From: an uncultured Gemmatimonadaceae bacterium
GTDB taxonomy: Bacteria > Gemmatimonadota > Gemmatimonadetes > Gemmatimonadales > Gemmatimonadaceae
Direction of reading: 5' to 3'
Length of the DNA stretch: 64,000 nucleotides
NCBI GenBank assembly: GCA_963751275.1
Contig: CAVVTZ010000007.1
Coordinates: 352,001-416,000 of the forward strand
This document shows positions 63,559 through 64,000 of this stretch, piece after piece. Each line of letters starts with the position of its first letter. The first letter of the stretch is position 1. The translations under genes were made by a program, and so were the position numbers. Below the pieces are notes generated by a model that was given only the letters and a program-made list of their open reading frames with translations, was not told where the DNA came from and made no database searches.

Positions 63559-64000
63559 GGCGTGCCGTCCCCGTGCACCCGTGAGCTCACGGTCCACGAT
63601 CCCGAGAGCGTCCCGTTCGGGTTCGCGTTCGGGTCCGCCGTCTGGAAATACTCGTTGGTCCCCGCGTTGTGCCAAGTGTAGTTGAACCCGCTTTGCACCT
63701 TCGCGGTCTCGCCCGTGGCCGGGTCGCGCACGGTCTGCTGCCCGAGGATCCCGTCCACCCAGTCGGACGTGATCGTGTGCTGCGCGTTCGCGACCTCGGC
63801 GGCGTTGCGCATGGAGTTGTCGGTACCCTGCTGCAGCGTGGCCAGGAATTCCTCGTGCTGCCGCTGCGTGGCCGCCTGCTGCTGCTGGAACGCCTCGTAC
63901 TGGGCGGTCATCGCCTGCGTCTCCGCCCGCGCTCGCGCATTGATCATCTGCAGCATCATCGCGGTGCGCTGGTTCTCGCGCTGCTGCACCGCTTGGTCCC
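63555..64000 (-). CDS. Hypothetical protein, C-terminal part only (truncated by the window edge)
   Basis: Gln-rich coiled region, then DGILGQQTVRDPATGET..V.SG.NYTW; frame open to the window edge. Confidence 0.7.
   Translation of the reverse strand, partial: DQAVQQRENQRTAMMLQMINARARAETQAMTAQYEAFQQQQAATQRQHEEFLATLQQGTDNSMRNAAEVANAQHTITSDWVDGILGQQTVRDPATGETAKVQSGFNYTWHNAGTNEYFQTADPNANPNGTLSGSWTVSSRVHGDGTP

Overview
High-GC (roughly 70% by eye) bacterial chromosomal segment. Gene content (BTAD-kinase-TPR protein, ECF/zf-HC2/DUF4097 locus, DUF5916 outer-membrane protein) suggests Gemmatimonadota; this is inference, not a database result. About 14 otherwise intact genes carry apparent single-base indels, and one ABC gene carries many, which points to long-read consensus errors rather than pseudogenes. 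Contents in order: sixA + CHAD-CYTH; xdhC-mocA; S9 peptidase; ABC exporter; a radical SAM-imuA-imuB-dnaE2 mutagenesis cassette with a candidate novel operator; a BTAD-Ser/Thr kinase-TPR receptor next to two convergent Cys-tailed secreted paralogs; an ECF sigma/anti-sigma/DUF4097 locus; an N6-adenine MTase + SNF2 helicase pair; mntH-usp-mntR; copZ-copA-csoR; metabolic genes; rnz; tRNA-Ala(CGC); a repeat-stalk metalloprotease; tRNA-Gln(CTG); and lower-GC orphans. The most notable non-coding signal is a family of heptamer-armed palindromic elements, some lying in frame inside proteins. No CRISPR array, rRNA, integrase or transposase was seen.
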